Source: Schmidtea nova
Taxonomy: Eukaryota
Length of the DNA stretch: 64,000 nt
Direction: 5' to 3'
Assembly: GCA_044892505.1 (NCBI GenBank)
Contig: CM097882.1
Span: 496,620,001 to 496,684,000, forward strand
Shown here: in pieces, positions 1 through 12,799 of the stretch
Layout of the letters: the number at the start of each line of letters is the position of its first letter
Position numbering within the stretch: position 1 is the stretch's first letter
Notes under the pieces: model-generated
Told to the model about the DNA's origin: nothing
The model's database searches: none
The model's input: the letters and a program-made list of their open reading frames with translations, nothing else
Translations under genes and position numbers: made by a program

Positions 1-175
1 TCCCCATTCTTGGATCCATTAAGCCGTTTTCTACGGGTTTAGAAAAAGCATCATATATGTCGTGATTTGTAACTTTAACGTGACTCTGTTGTACTAAATC
101 TTCGCTGGAATTTATTCCAAATTCAATAGAACATACAGTCTTATCTTCGATGCCGGATTTGACTAGAGACTTCAT
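1..175 (-). CDS. POLR3A: RNA polymerase III largest subunit (RPC1), 5' end; continues beyond window start
   Basis: Manual translation from ATG at 175: MKSLVKSGIEDKTVCSIEFGINSSEDLVQQSHVKVTNHDIYDAFSKPVENGLMDPRMG. This resembles the RPC1 N-terminus (I..I.FG..S..D...QS.V.V...D.Y...G..DPRMG). RPB1-type assignment is less likely but not excluded from 58 aa. Confidence 0.8.
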   Translation of the reverse strand, partial: MKSLVKSGIEDKTVCSIEFGINSSEDLVQQSHVKVTNHDIYDAFSKPVENGLMDPRMG

Positions 176-1668
176 ATAGAAACTTTTTTAACTTCCGAAC
201 CAAAAATATCGAAAACTAAAAAACGAAATTTCCCGAACAATTAATACTCCCCAATTCGACTATTTAAACAAATCTCCAAATCAAACCTAAAAATTCTCAA
301 ATCTAAAAATATCTCCAATTAAACCTAAAAAACAATTCAATTAAAATCAAATCCAATCAATTAAAACTCTACCAATTCAACATGCGCACACAGACGCTGA
401 CAAGTTACTAGTAGCGCACACAGACGCTTATAAGTAATTAAATATAAAAGTATAAAGGTAAAAAATGCGCACACAACAACCAAACGGCCAAAGTTTGTTC
501 AGGCAAACTTTGGCTGAAACAGATAATAATAATAAAAAAAGATCAAAGGTGAAAAAAGATAATTATNNNNNNNNNNNNNNNNNNNNNNNNNNNNNNNNNN
601 NNNNNNNNNNNNNNNNNNNNNNNNNNNNNNNNNNNNNNNNNNNNNNNNNNNNNNNNNNNNNNNNNNNNNNNNNNNNNNNNNNNNNNNNNNNNNNNNNNNN
701 NNNNNNNNNNNNNNNNNNNNNNNNNNNNNNNNNNNNNNNNNNNNNNNNNNNNNNNNNNNNNNNNNNNNNNNNNNNNNNNNNNNNNNNNNNNNNNNNNNNN
801 NNNNNNNNNNNNNNNNNNNNNNNNNNNNNNNNNNNNNNNNNNNNNNNNNNNNNNNNNNNNNNNNNNNNNNNNNNNNNNNNNNNNNNNNNNNNNNNNNNNN
901 NNNNNNNNNNNNNNNNNNNNNNNNNNNNNNNNNNNNNNNNNNNNNNNNNNNNNNNNNNNNNNNNNNNNNNNNNNNNNNNNNNNNNNNNNNNNNNNNNNNN
1001 NNNNNNNNNNNNNNNNNNNNNNNNNNNNNNNNNNNNNNNNNNNNNNNNNNNNNNNNNNNNNNCATTGATTATTTTTTATTTTCGTTTTTTAAGGCACTTA
1101 TGTGCTATTTATTTTGTTGTTGTTTTTTAGGCACTTATATGCCATTATTTCCCACAAAGAAGCACTTATGTGCATATGTTAGTTTTGTTTTTCTTTAAAA
1201 CTGTTTTCATTATTTCAGGAAAACTAATCCACAGAAGAAAAGCACAAGCTACCCCTGATGAAAGAATCCAATCCATCACAAGGATTTTTTAAAAAATTAC
1301 AATCACCATGCGCGGTTGCAACGGAAAGTAATGATTTCTGGCCTACAAAAAGGACAGCCGAAAACATACGAACAACCACGATGAATGATGCACTTTGTTG
1401 GATGATTTCACAAACTGTAAGGTTTTTTTTTAATTATGAACTATTCTATATTATTGATAAAAATTATTATTTTATTAAATTTTTCCTCTTTAAAATTTCC
1501 TCTTTTTTATTTTAATTTTTATTAATAAATTAAATATTTACCTGATTTTAAAAATTTCGTTTATAAAAACAGTATAATATAAATAAAAATGAAGTATAAT
1601 TAATTTGTTAAATTTTTTGTGTAAATAACGAAATAGTTATTTTTAAATTTTGACAATTTTTTATTTTA

Positions 1669-2720
1669 GGTACAATTTATCCTAATCATTGTCGATCGAT
1701 AATACATGGAACTAATTGCACCAAATAATGATGCGTTATTAATTAACAACTCATTTTTATTTAGCATATTTTTATGCCAAACTTGCGAGTCTCTAAATGT
1801 TATCCCCTATGAGAATTTTTTCAATGATCACAGGGATCATTTAGGTAATTTGAAAATAAAAAAAAGAAATGATTTTAAAAACGTAAATATGACAATACGC
1901 ATGTCATTATTAATTTTGATATAAATCATTAAAATGAATCTGAAAAGGTTTAATGTAAGAGAAATTATATTACCTGATTCTATTTTGGTGAAATTGAATT
2001 CGGCATTAAATGAACTGGGAGATGACAAAATTCAATTTGGCATCAATGTTGAATTCATCAAATATTGTGAAACGAAAGAAGCAACCTTATTAAATAGAGC
2101 AATAATATTATTAGAAGACTTTCTCAAAGAAAGAATCCGAAAGCAAAACGAGAAAATATTTAATAAAATGCTTGAAGTGTTTTTTATTGTTACTAAATAA
2201 GCACTAATAAGCCGAGTATCAGTTCATAGTTATATACCTACATCTCGAGCTTTAAAATTAAAGATGAATTAGAAAGCGAGTCACTTACTGCTAACTCTGA
2301 AACATACGGATAACCTCTGTTTCACATACAGTGTTGTGGCGATAACCAAATATAACGACATTTATGGGAACAGAACTAGTGTTGTAAAATATACAGAGTT
2401 TATGAAAAAAACTGGTATATGATGAAAGAGATTTCCCGATGAAATTAAAGTATATAAAGAAATTCGTGCGTCAAAATCCGGAAATTGCAATCAATGTCTT
2501 ATTATATCATGGTAATAACTTTCAGAATTTTGAGGACGAAGATGCCATTTTAAAACATTCCAATTAAATATAATATATTAAACTAAAGTAACTAGAGGTA
2601 CACCGATATATTTACTAATGATTGAATATGGGGAGAAATTTCACTATACTGCAGTTGTAAACCTGCAAAGATTAATGAACACAGGAAGAGCAACTGCCAA
2701 TTGTCCGGTCAATAATGATG
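1669..2720 (+). pseudogene. Degraded Polinton-type element remnant: Cys/His zinc-finger exon, terminal-protein-like region and vOTU-like N-terminus of pPolB
   Basis: Fragments GTIYPNHC..NC, FLCQTCESL..YENFFNDHRDHL, IILPDS..KIQFGINVEF, DNLCFTYSVVA, FPMKLKYIKKFVRQNPEIAINVLLY and FHYTAVVNLQRLMN are collinear with the copy at 21100-22420. Contains stops and frameshifts. Confidence 0.75.
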
Positions 2721-5700
2721 TTATTACTAATCACTACCAACTTGGTTGATCAGATTCACTATTTAGATTGTCATGATTGGATGAGTTATTTATATTATAG
2801 GCTAATTCATTTTATCGATTTATTTTAGGTTTTCATCTTTTCTCTCGTTTATTGTTTGGATTTCATATCTTTTCCGGCCTCTCTCACAGATCGTTGGAAT
2901 TTTTTATCGCTGAAGAATTTTTATATGAAGATGCATTTGTAAGTTTTGGTTCAAATATATGTTTTAGATTTGTTTTATCGTCTTATTATGTACTTTTGAT
3001 TACTTAAGTTAAATACGCAATTTTATCTCCTAAAGATGTTTCTTCGCAAATGTAAATGTTAAATTGTGATTGACTGTTCGATTCGTAGTAATTTAATCAG
3101 AGGAAATATTCAGAGAATAATCAAAATATTTATGATTTCAGATCTTAGATATTACTTGTCGTTCATCACAAAACTCGCATCCCATCTTTTCATCATTGCT
3201 AACTTCGCTAATATTTCATGCATGTTCCTGATATTTAAAGGAGAATTTACTTAAAACACCAAAAAAATAAATTTTTAAGGAAAACAAGATCTTAAATATA
3301 AAAATCTTGCGGATGAACTTCCATGCAATTCTCTCACATCCTCATGAGTATGAGACAAGACTTCGATACCGCGTCGACTGCATGGGGTTGGAAAGTTCAG
3401 GAAAAGGCCCTCCAAACTTGTGAACCCACACTGACTACCTGCATCGCAACAAGCTGGTAAAACACAACGAGTTAGCGACTCGGGAGATCAAGAAATTGAA
3501 AGAAACAAAGTTCATTTTAGTGGAAGCGGTAATTTTGTCATTTATCGAAAAGTTGAATGGATCTCATCCGAAAAATCTTTATTTCTCCATAAATAGCATA
3601 AAAGAAAATAGACATAGACAACCAGGGCATAGACCAGTGACGAATAAAATCAAATTAGGACAACCAAAATATCAAACCGATATTCCTTGTATACACGGAA
3701 TGATATCGTTTTTTCGAAAATTTTAACAGTGATGCGCCTCAATATTTTGAACTCCGAGAGTTTTTTCCTGTATCTGAAATAGAATATTCTCAAAGTTTTC
3801 GGAATAAATCTCAATTCTTTGCGGACATTACTCAAATTCTCAAGAGTCTTAAGATTAATGAAAATGACATCTCTATTTATACCATTTTCACAGCATTTAA
3901 TTAAATTGATTCAGTAAAACAAATTTTTCTAGATTGTTCTTTCTGTTTAATTTAATTTAAAAAAAAAATATTTTATTTTTACTAAAAATAGGTTTGTATA
4001 TATACATAAAATTTTATTTTTTACATGAATATTAACTACTTTGATTTTAATTTTTACCATTTTTAAATTTATAATATCAAAATTAAGATAATTAATTATA
4101 AAATCTTTTGAAGTTTTATATTTACATAATTCTTTAATGATTTTTTTGTTTTGCTTGTGTTTTTTCATGGTTACTTCTTGCATTTGTTCAATTTACATTT
4201 TATTTTTATTTTAATTAATTTTTCCAGTTTTTTTAATTATTTTTATTTATTTGGTGATTGCTCAGATATTTGAGTATACTTCTGGCACGATCTCTACATG
4301 CTATGTCTGCAATTGCTTCCAAATTAATGGGATTTAGTTTTTGCCAACACTGGTTTGGCTTTTCCTTTGTTTACTCTGATTCTGAACTAAAGATTTGTCT
4401 AGTTGAAATATTGGTTATATTTCTTTGAATTTTTCTTTCCTTTCAATTGATTTGTGATCAGTATTTATATAAATTTCAATAGTTGTGGTACCACACTAGT
4501 TTTGAATCGATTCATTTATTTTAAAATTTGTNNNNNNNNNNNNNNNNNNNNNNNNNNNNNNNNNNNNNNNNNNNNNNNNNNNNNNNNNNNNNNNNNNNNN
4601 NNNNNNNNNNNNNNNNNNNNNNNNNNNNNNNNNNNNNNNNNNNNNNNNNNNNNNNNNNNNNNNNNNNNNNNNNNNNNNNNNNNNNNNNNNNNNNNNNNNN
4701 NNNNNNNNNNNNNNNNNNNNNNNNNNNNNNNNNNNNNNNNNNNNNNNNNNNNNNNNNNNNNNNNNNNNNNNNNNNNNNNNNNNNNNNNNNNNNNNNNNNN
4801 NNNNNNNNNNNNNNNNNNNNNNNNNNNNNNNNNNNNNNNNNNNNNNNNNNNNNNNNNNNNNNNNNNNNNNNNNNNNNNNNNNNNNNNNNNNNNNNNNNNN
4901 NNNNNNNNNNNNNNNNNNNNNNNNNNTTATTATCAAAATAATATATAATAAATATTTATCAAAAAATATAAAAATAAATAATTTATATCTAAAATACCTA
5001 AAATGTGATTTTTATTTCTAGTAAAGTTTTAGTTAAAAGAATAGCATTCCAGAAATAGCTAAATTTAAGATAGAGTTTTCTATTTTGTCAGAGAAATCGG
5101 AAGTAGATTTTTTTGATATTTGCTGATACATCAGACGATAGAAAATATTTAAGGCACCAAAGACGAACCAGTAGCCTTCTTGATATCATTGGATTGACTA
5201 GCATTTAGGGGTATGTACATACAAAAAATATTTTCATTAGATTAATTTTATCCTAACAGTGAAAACAGTTTGGAAAAGATTATTGAGTGATTCTAAGAAA
5301 ATGGAGATGTAAAGTAAATAAATGTATTGTAAATATTAATTTGTTTTGAATATTATCATGTTTTAAATTCATTTTCCCTACAAGCTATCTGACAATTAAT
5401 TATTTGAAAATATTATTGAAAATACTTCCGAGATTTAATGGAAATTTTGACGTTAATGAATGGTTTACTACACCAAAGAGCATAAATTACGGGTAAGATT
5501 AAAAAATAAGGTTATCTATAATTATATATAAATAAATATAAACCTACTTCAAATAATATCAAGAATTAGGTGCTTATACCGTAGAAGAGCAGAAAAATAA
5601 ATTACGAAAACACATACACAGCACAGCTTTGTGCATAAATTAAACGCAAATTGGCTTATTACGGACATTTAAAATTTAATAAAAATGATTTTTGGAAATT

Positions 5701-8246
5701 TTTTCGATATTTCGGATGTTATTAATGATTCTCATGAGTATGCTCATGAGATCTCATTGCAAGACATAAATTATCATTTAAATAAAATTTACACTTAAAA
5801 TAAACATTTTAAAAAAATAACCATTTAAAAAAATTAGAAAAATCCTCAAATTTTTATGAAAAAGCTTAATTATATTTAATTTAAAAATTAAAATACCAAT
5901 ATAATATTAAAATATTTAAAATAAAACAAAAACTTACTAAATTACTGCCAACTACACTTGCTGTCTCTCATTTGCACGTAATAAGTGACAAGTGAAACCT
6001 TATGCAAATTACAGGGCTTCAAATCTTTGGGTAATATATTGCCTTTTAATTAAAGATCCAGTGTTTCAAAATTATGTGTGATCGAAACAAGAAAGAATTG
6101 AAGATTTTCAATATAGTAGCAGCGATTGGTGAATGAATATGTAGCTTTCAAACAATTAATTAACATCAAGTTTTAGCACAATAACAATATTGAAAATCAC
6201 TTGGCGAAAATTCTAAATCTGGCTGAATAAGTAAAAGATAATTTAAAATGTATTTTTATTTCATGTTTGCCGAATGAAATTTCAAAAATAATTAGTAAAA
6301 TATAGTTAGAAATCGCTGAATGAATTATTTTTTATTGCAAGACAGTTAGCAGCTTAAGTGCTGGATAGAGCGAAGATCTTTGTGTCCGTAGAAAAGGAAA
6401 GTAGAAAAAGATATGTTTTATTTGTAAATAGACATCTCAATTTGCTAAATATTGTCATTAAAATCAAATAACGTGTTTGAATTGCAACAAAAAGAAACAT
6501 CAAAGTTCTATAGATCGAAAAAAGAGAATTAAGATTAAGACTTACAGATTAACAGTGAGATGAAGAGACGTCTTATTGATAATAGATGTAGTACAACAAT
6601 TATTCGAGGCAATTATAGGGGTCCTTTATCGGAAGTATTTAGAGTCAGATTATATTAATGAGAAGGTATTACAGCTATTTCAGTTGATAACAAATTTTGG
6701 AAGGTAAGATGTTTATATTATCCAAAAAATGTTAAATGGTTATGTACCAATTACCTGAATGAATGTTATATCAAAGCTAGGTGATATTAAATTAGCAGAT
6801 TCAACGATTTTTGGTTGTGAGAAACTTTATGTTCAAGTTTAGAGTCACTTATTATTGAAAGATAATTTTTGCACAAAAATTAATTAGCATTTGGAAGTGA
6901 AATCGACTTAGTGTGATTCAACTCCTATAAATCTTCTTAACATCCAATATAAAATGAGCTGATATGATGAAGCATGAAAGGCAATTCAAGAATCGATAGA
7001 TAGCTTGGATAAGTCCGTATAATGTTGAAAAATTGGCGAACGTGTTTGGAGCGGTATCAATATTTAGAATCATTCAATAGAATAATTAAAAGATTCGCCG
7101 GAATTCCATTTTGGAAATACAATAATCCATGAAAAATTACGGTAGATTCGTTCCACCTTATAGGAAAGCTCATTGTTGGAGTACTCCCGTATAACGCACT
7201 AATAGAACTACATATAATAAGCTATGTACAAAGCATTCGCGTTTAACTTTTCTCGTAATATGGATGGTTTAAATCGAACATTTAAAGACACACTGTGTTA
7301 TGAACAAAATAGTTCAAAATGTTTTAAGTCTAAACGAAAATGTCCATGTATTGACGATATTTTTGTAGATACATCAGTGGTAAAATAATAAGGTAACTCA
7401 TTTATTAAAACATGGCTTATTATTAGTAAAAACAATCCGGTCAGGGTATTAAGTATTGATCTATCAATTCAAAACGAGAAAACTACATAGAGAAAGTATA
7501 CCGTATATGTTAATGCTGTATATTTTTATCGTGATCATTTTTTTATTTTTATTATTGTTATTGTTATTATTGTGACCGCTTTGATTATGGTGGGCATCCA
7601 TGTGGACACCGGTTAACCCCCATTTTTATTTATGACGCAATAATACTTAAAATAATAATTAAAAAGAAAAGCGAAATTTTAATTTTTAAAAAATCAATTA
7701 GATAATAACAACGAATTAAATTACAAAAGGAATTAGAATAAACCATAGAAAATTGAAAATTGATTGGAAAAAATACCAAGAAGAATTTAAAATAATAACC
7801 AAGGAAAGAAAGAACTAATCCAATCCGCTAAAAGAAAGTAGTGATAACTGAAATTGACAAGGAACCAAAATACCGAATACAAACAACTATTAAAAAAATC
7901 CTATTACCACAAATCGGAGATAAATATATAAATTTTCAGTGAAAAAAGTCGTTTTAGAGATTTCTATAGAAGGGATACAGTGTTACAAAGACATACAAAT
8001 TTAGAAAATTCTCACAAGTTCATAATGGTTATTATGTGATACTTGCGAAAAATATAGTTGTTTCAAAAATCAATGAAAAAATTTAATGAATAGAAAATTA
8101 ACGTATAAATAAAAATTTTGTTTTAATAAATATTTTTATGTATTTAAATGATCTCTCTAATTTTGTTTTTGCCGTAAAATGAATTGTAAAAAATATCAAA
8201 AATTGTATAAATAACTGGTTATTATTTTAATAATAGCTCAACTAAC

Positions 8247-8846
8247 CTTTAATTGTAGTTTAAACGACTCATTTAATACGATATCCACAAGTCTATCCAT
8301 TGGAATTCCATTAGGATCAGCCTTATCCTTGGTATACCACGACAAAACGACAACTCCGACACCTGTATATCGAATCATTGTCAAATGCTGGCGAATAATT
8401 GTAATATTTCTCGATGAATACAATCCCAGAGCTGGATAGAAATCAGATCCTATATCATCAGGAGGATAATGCCCGGCTTGACTGTATTCGCTGATTAATC
8501 CTTGATTCCAATGTGGAACTCTCTTGTGATTCCAATGTATCCATTTCCCATCTGATTCTACATTTCCAAACCAAGCATAATAAAATATATGAAAGTTATA
8601 ATTGACAGAAGTAGTGGTGTAATTAAAATTCCAATTTATCTCTAACGGTTTTGCAGTTATATTATTAGTGGAAGTGAAATTATCGTTTTCCACACGATTT
8701 TTAATACTATCTTCATCGTTTTTATTATCAAATGTATCTTTTTCAGATGGAATACTTATGTAAACTCCTACGAAACATAGTACAATTATTATGGGTATTA
8801 GGAATTGTTTGAGTTTTTTAACGGGAATACTTGATAGAATTGTCAT
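8247..8846 (-). CDS. MANEA: Glycoprotein endo-alpha-1,2-mannosidase (GH99), exon 1
   Basis: N-terminal TM anchor followed by FHIFYYAWFG, WIHWNH, PPDDIGSDFYPALGLYSS, HL.MIR..GVGVVVLSWY. Splice donor AAG|gttagt at 8246. Downstream exons were not found in sequenced bases. Confidence 0.9.
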
Positions 8847-10721
8847 TTTCCATATTTAATGAAATAAAGTTATTTTAAATAATAGCACTAGAAATGTTTT
8901 TTTATTGAAAATAAAATGCGTAGTAAAATAATGATATTACAAATCAGTGATTTAAAATTGCTTTGTCAATTAAATATTTAAACAACACTGATTTTTCTTT
9001 GATAATTCAAGGTATAACTGACTAAACGACAAAGAATTAAGTATACAGCGTTTTTCATTTGATAGTTTAACCTTAGTATTTAATAGTGATAATTTTTCAT
9101 TTATTAGTTTTTTATAGTAATTTTGATAATTTATTTATAATTATGTTTTAGAAGAATTTTAATACAAAATAAAATAAAATTGATCAAACAACAAAGACTG
9201 ATGTATATAAAATTAATTTGTATTAAAATTCATTATGAATGAATTATCACAATTACCAAAAAACACTAATAAATAAAAGATTATAACTATCTAATGAAAT
9301 TGTTGTGTTGGGTATATCATCCTCTTATACATTCTTATTTCCGGATCACACGCTGAGTTTCTTCATACCTTTACTCTTCCAGGAAATTTCAGTAGCCCTA
9401 ACTTAGGTACCTGAAACAGCTCGCTAGTTATTTTGTTGGTATCCTATTCAGCAGAGTACAGTTGTCAAATTGGTAAGCCTTGGCTCCAAAACTACTATTC
9501 TAACTAACTCTGCTGTCCAGGTTCTGACTACATCGCTCTTTCATCATTTTGTTTGTGCTAAACCCGTTTATGCTTTTAGCTCATTGCTTTCTTACCACAC
9601 AACTCATTGAGATTGATAATTATTTGGAGAGAAAATGGAAGTTGGTTTTAAAATCACTCTTTGATCTGCTCTTCGCACCTCCTCTTGTGTTTCTTTTTGC
9701 TTGATCTCTTAGGTACTTTAGCGTTAACTATGATGCCTCTTAACGGTTTTGTGATAGGCTCATCCAATTACAAATTCTTATTTGTCAACGGATTGGTGAT
9801 TAAGGGCTACTCGACAGTTCCTCAGTTTTAATTTTGTCACGTATGACTTTTTATGCATTCCTTTATGTACAATGAAATGAAGTAACTTGGCTATAATTCG
9901 ACTATCCAATCTTGCAATTCTTTTTGGGCGCGTCAATCCTGTTTGGTATTTAACAATTAGTCGGCACTGTTTGTCTGACTCCTTGGTGTTCTTATAGAAT
10001 CGATTCAAAAAATACCCAACATATCAAGATTTATTCGAAAGTATGACACTATTTACATTAACTATTTGACACGACTCTTGATAATAATAAGTCTCTTTAC
10101 ACAATTTCAAAAACTTTTATTCTCACTGCTTTTCCGATTGAGTGGAGAAATATTTTCTTTTCCGATACGCTATAAATTATTAATTTGATTCAAACTGCTA
10201 CAAATTCTCGACATTTCGTATTGCGAGTATTTAAATAACTTTTGTCTTCGACCACTCTGGCAAATTTTGGAAATTGCCTCTTCTTTTTATACTATACAGA
10301 TTGATGGATTTTTCTAATCTGATTAGGTTGCCTGATGGGTGCCTTTAAAGTTGACACTATTTATTCTAGTTCATTATAATAAATTTGTAAATTACTTTTC
10401 CATCAATTGGGCTTTTCAGGTTTTGTTTAAAATCAAGTTTTTGGGGGTATTTGTTTGATTTTTTAAGTTTATAACTATATTTTTAAATACAACACGAATT
10501 TCTGCTATTATTTAAACAATTTCTTTTTTATCTTTGAGGATATTTTTGCAAGCTTGAAGTTATAATTCAATAGAGAATATTCATACACAAGCATTCAATA
10601 AATATTTTATATTTTAATTTTCAATCATTATTGAATGTAAAATATTTAATTTATTATTTAGTTTATAATTTTATTATCTAATTTTCTTATAGTGCTTAAA
10701 TCCATTAAAACTGAAATTTAC

Positions 10722-11378
10722 TGTAGTGCCTTAAATTATAAATTTCTTATTTTTAAAATTAATTAACTTATTAAATAATTATTGAATGAGAGATTTAAAT
10801 GGCATTGTTTTAATATTTACTTTTTTCGACATACTTTTTCAAATAAATCCAACATGGTCCAACAAGAACTCGCTATTTTTAATTCAAAATCAAGAAAGAA
10901 GTCAAATGAAATACTTTCAAATCCAAAAGTTGTGACGAATCAGAGATCTGTGGAAATACCGAGTGAAAAGAAGCTATCTGAATCGAATACTTATAAACTA
11001 TTGGATCGTGTCAATAATAATCATCAGTCATTGAATACAGGAAGTCTTTCATCTTCATCTCAGTTATGTACTCCGCTTGAAATGGCAAATTCTCATTTAC
11101 TCCAACAATTTCAAAACAATCCCCAATATTACTCGTTACTAAACATTCCTAATGAGTCTTTGACTTTCCGTGGCTGCATTATGAATCAGAGTGAAACCGA
11201 TAAAGAATTCAACCAAAAACCATTGAACCCCAAACAAACATGTGGAATGTACAAACATTGCCGAATCCCAGCACGATCAATCAAACCAACGAGTTAGGCT
11301 GTCAAAGATGTCATCAATTTCATTTTCGAATATATATTATTTTTATCTGTCTTATATCAAGTTGATTGTTTTCTTACA
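10722..11378 (+). repeat. 5' LTR (TG...CA, about 657 bp)
   Basis: Starts TGTAGTG and ends CTTACA, immediately before the PBS. Its first ~345 bp are repeated at 15885-16228 with about a dozen differences. Confidence 0.85.
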
Positions 11379-11380
11379 AT

Positions 11381-11394
11381 TAGTGTCAGAAGTG
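11381..11394 (+). promoter_or_regulatory. Primer-binding site, tRNA-Leu type
   Basis: TAGTGTCAGAAGTG has one mismatch to TGGTGTCAGAAGTG, the complement of the tRNA-Leu 3' end. It lies 2 nt after the LTR. Confidence 0.75.
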
Positions 11395-11622
11395 ACAAAC
11401 GTAAGTTTCATACCTTTCTCATGTAAATGTTTAACTTTGTCATCTATATCTTTCATTCGTAAAATATGTATAATGTTTTTTTGCAATTTTATTGAAATTT
11501 TTAAAAGCAATTTTCATTTTCACATTTTTAAAATTACAAAAGCAGTTTCGCCCACCTTTTCAGACCCCATTTATCTCCAAAACGACACCCTCAAAAGTTT
11601 GAATTTGCCAAGCCCACCTTCA

Positions 11623-12679
11623 ATGGCAAACAGCAAACTTAACATCATCGTACGTTACAACAACATTCTACATATAGTAAAAGTTACCCCGAAAAACTTC
11701 TTTAGGGACATAAAACATTTTTTTCAATAGAAAACAACGATTTCTATATCTCAAATAACAGAGTTCCTATCACAGATCCTCTTTCAGTTCCGATAAATTC
11801 AATAATCACACTCTTTGTACGGACAAGAGGCGGTTCCAAAACAAATAATGTCGATAACCCTTCCACAACCATAGGCCGCACTCAACTGATTTTCTTAGAT
11901 GTCGTCGGCACCCCATCATCTTGGTTCCGAATTTTGAAGCACACACAAAAGCCATTCCCAAATCCAGACAAGATCTTCTCTTAGATGCAATACCCGGCGA
12001 GTTAATGTCAAAATTAGGCTCACAAATAGCTGAAGAGTATTACTCAGAAACCCCATACGAATCAATCAAGGGGTCATACTAAAAAATATTTACCCACGCG
12101 CACTTCAGCGATCAAAAAGTTGCCAAACCCACCCTATACGCCGGCCAAGCCCCATCATCCTTTTTATCGCAACTAGTACGTGAACTCGAGGCAGCTAACA
12201 CCGGTCTATCGTAAAACAATGCTGTCCTATGTCATCATTTTTTAACAGTTCTCCCACATCACGTACAGTCCGCACTCTTCGTCGTCGATTCCGATGATCC
12301 ATTTCATCTAGCAAAAATCGCTTATAAGTTGGTCACACGACTACCTGTCCAAAACATACCACCTACCATCACATCAGTTTCCTACCCTTCAATACAGGAA
12401 CATATATCTTCTTTGACAGAAACAGTCAATGCGCTTTTCAAATCATCTCAACCAAATGTACGCTCCCAAAGAAACGACAAGTCGAATTCTTTTCCACTTC
12501 TGACTTGTTTTTCACAAGAAATTCTCTTCCGAAGCAAGAACATGTCATATCGGATGTTCATGGCCAAACCCTTCTATCACTTTGAGAATCATTCCTATTT
12601 GTATCTATCACAACTATTTCGGTTTACACGCACAAAAATGCCTGGCAGGTTGCACTTTTGTAAACCGTCCCTCAAATAA
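11623..12679 (+). pseudogene. gag with N-terminal ubiquitin-like domain (frameshifted)
   Basis: ATG at 11623; 1-nt slip in a T run near 11718-11724; ...SIITLFVRTRGG, then gypsy gag motifs PSSWFRIFEA, PYESIK, APSSFLSQL and FLTVLPHHVQSAL. Confidence 0.75.
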
Positions 12680-12799
12680 ATCACACGACAAAATTTATTC
12701 CAATTCTCCACAAAAAAACTAACTTCGTTGTCTGCTAACCCTGGATTTTCAGGCGGCGTCCTTGCAATCAGCAATTTTTTCACTGTTGAAGCAAACTTC

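Noticed and set aside
465-1130. Long ORFs in the track that span N-gaps (also 4454-4948, 40538-40910, 41141-41903, 51908-52522, 53652-53954)
   Set aside because: They are open only because N runs contain no stop codons.
3300-3876. Coding-like patch and a TAGAGATGTCA-type hAT terminus (reverse complement) at about 3866-3876
   Set aside because: No partner terminus, TSD or recognisable protein motif found.
6480-7260. Possible decayed non-LTR reverse transcriptase (TTIIRG..GPLSEVFRV)
   Set aside because: Only a faint resemblance; no YADD or QG motifs recoverable.
9300-10020. Possible decayed LINE C-terminus on the minus strand
   Set aside because: Composition is coding-like, but no diagnostic motif could be read with confidence.
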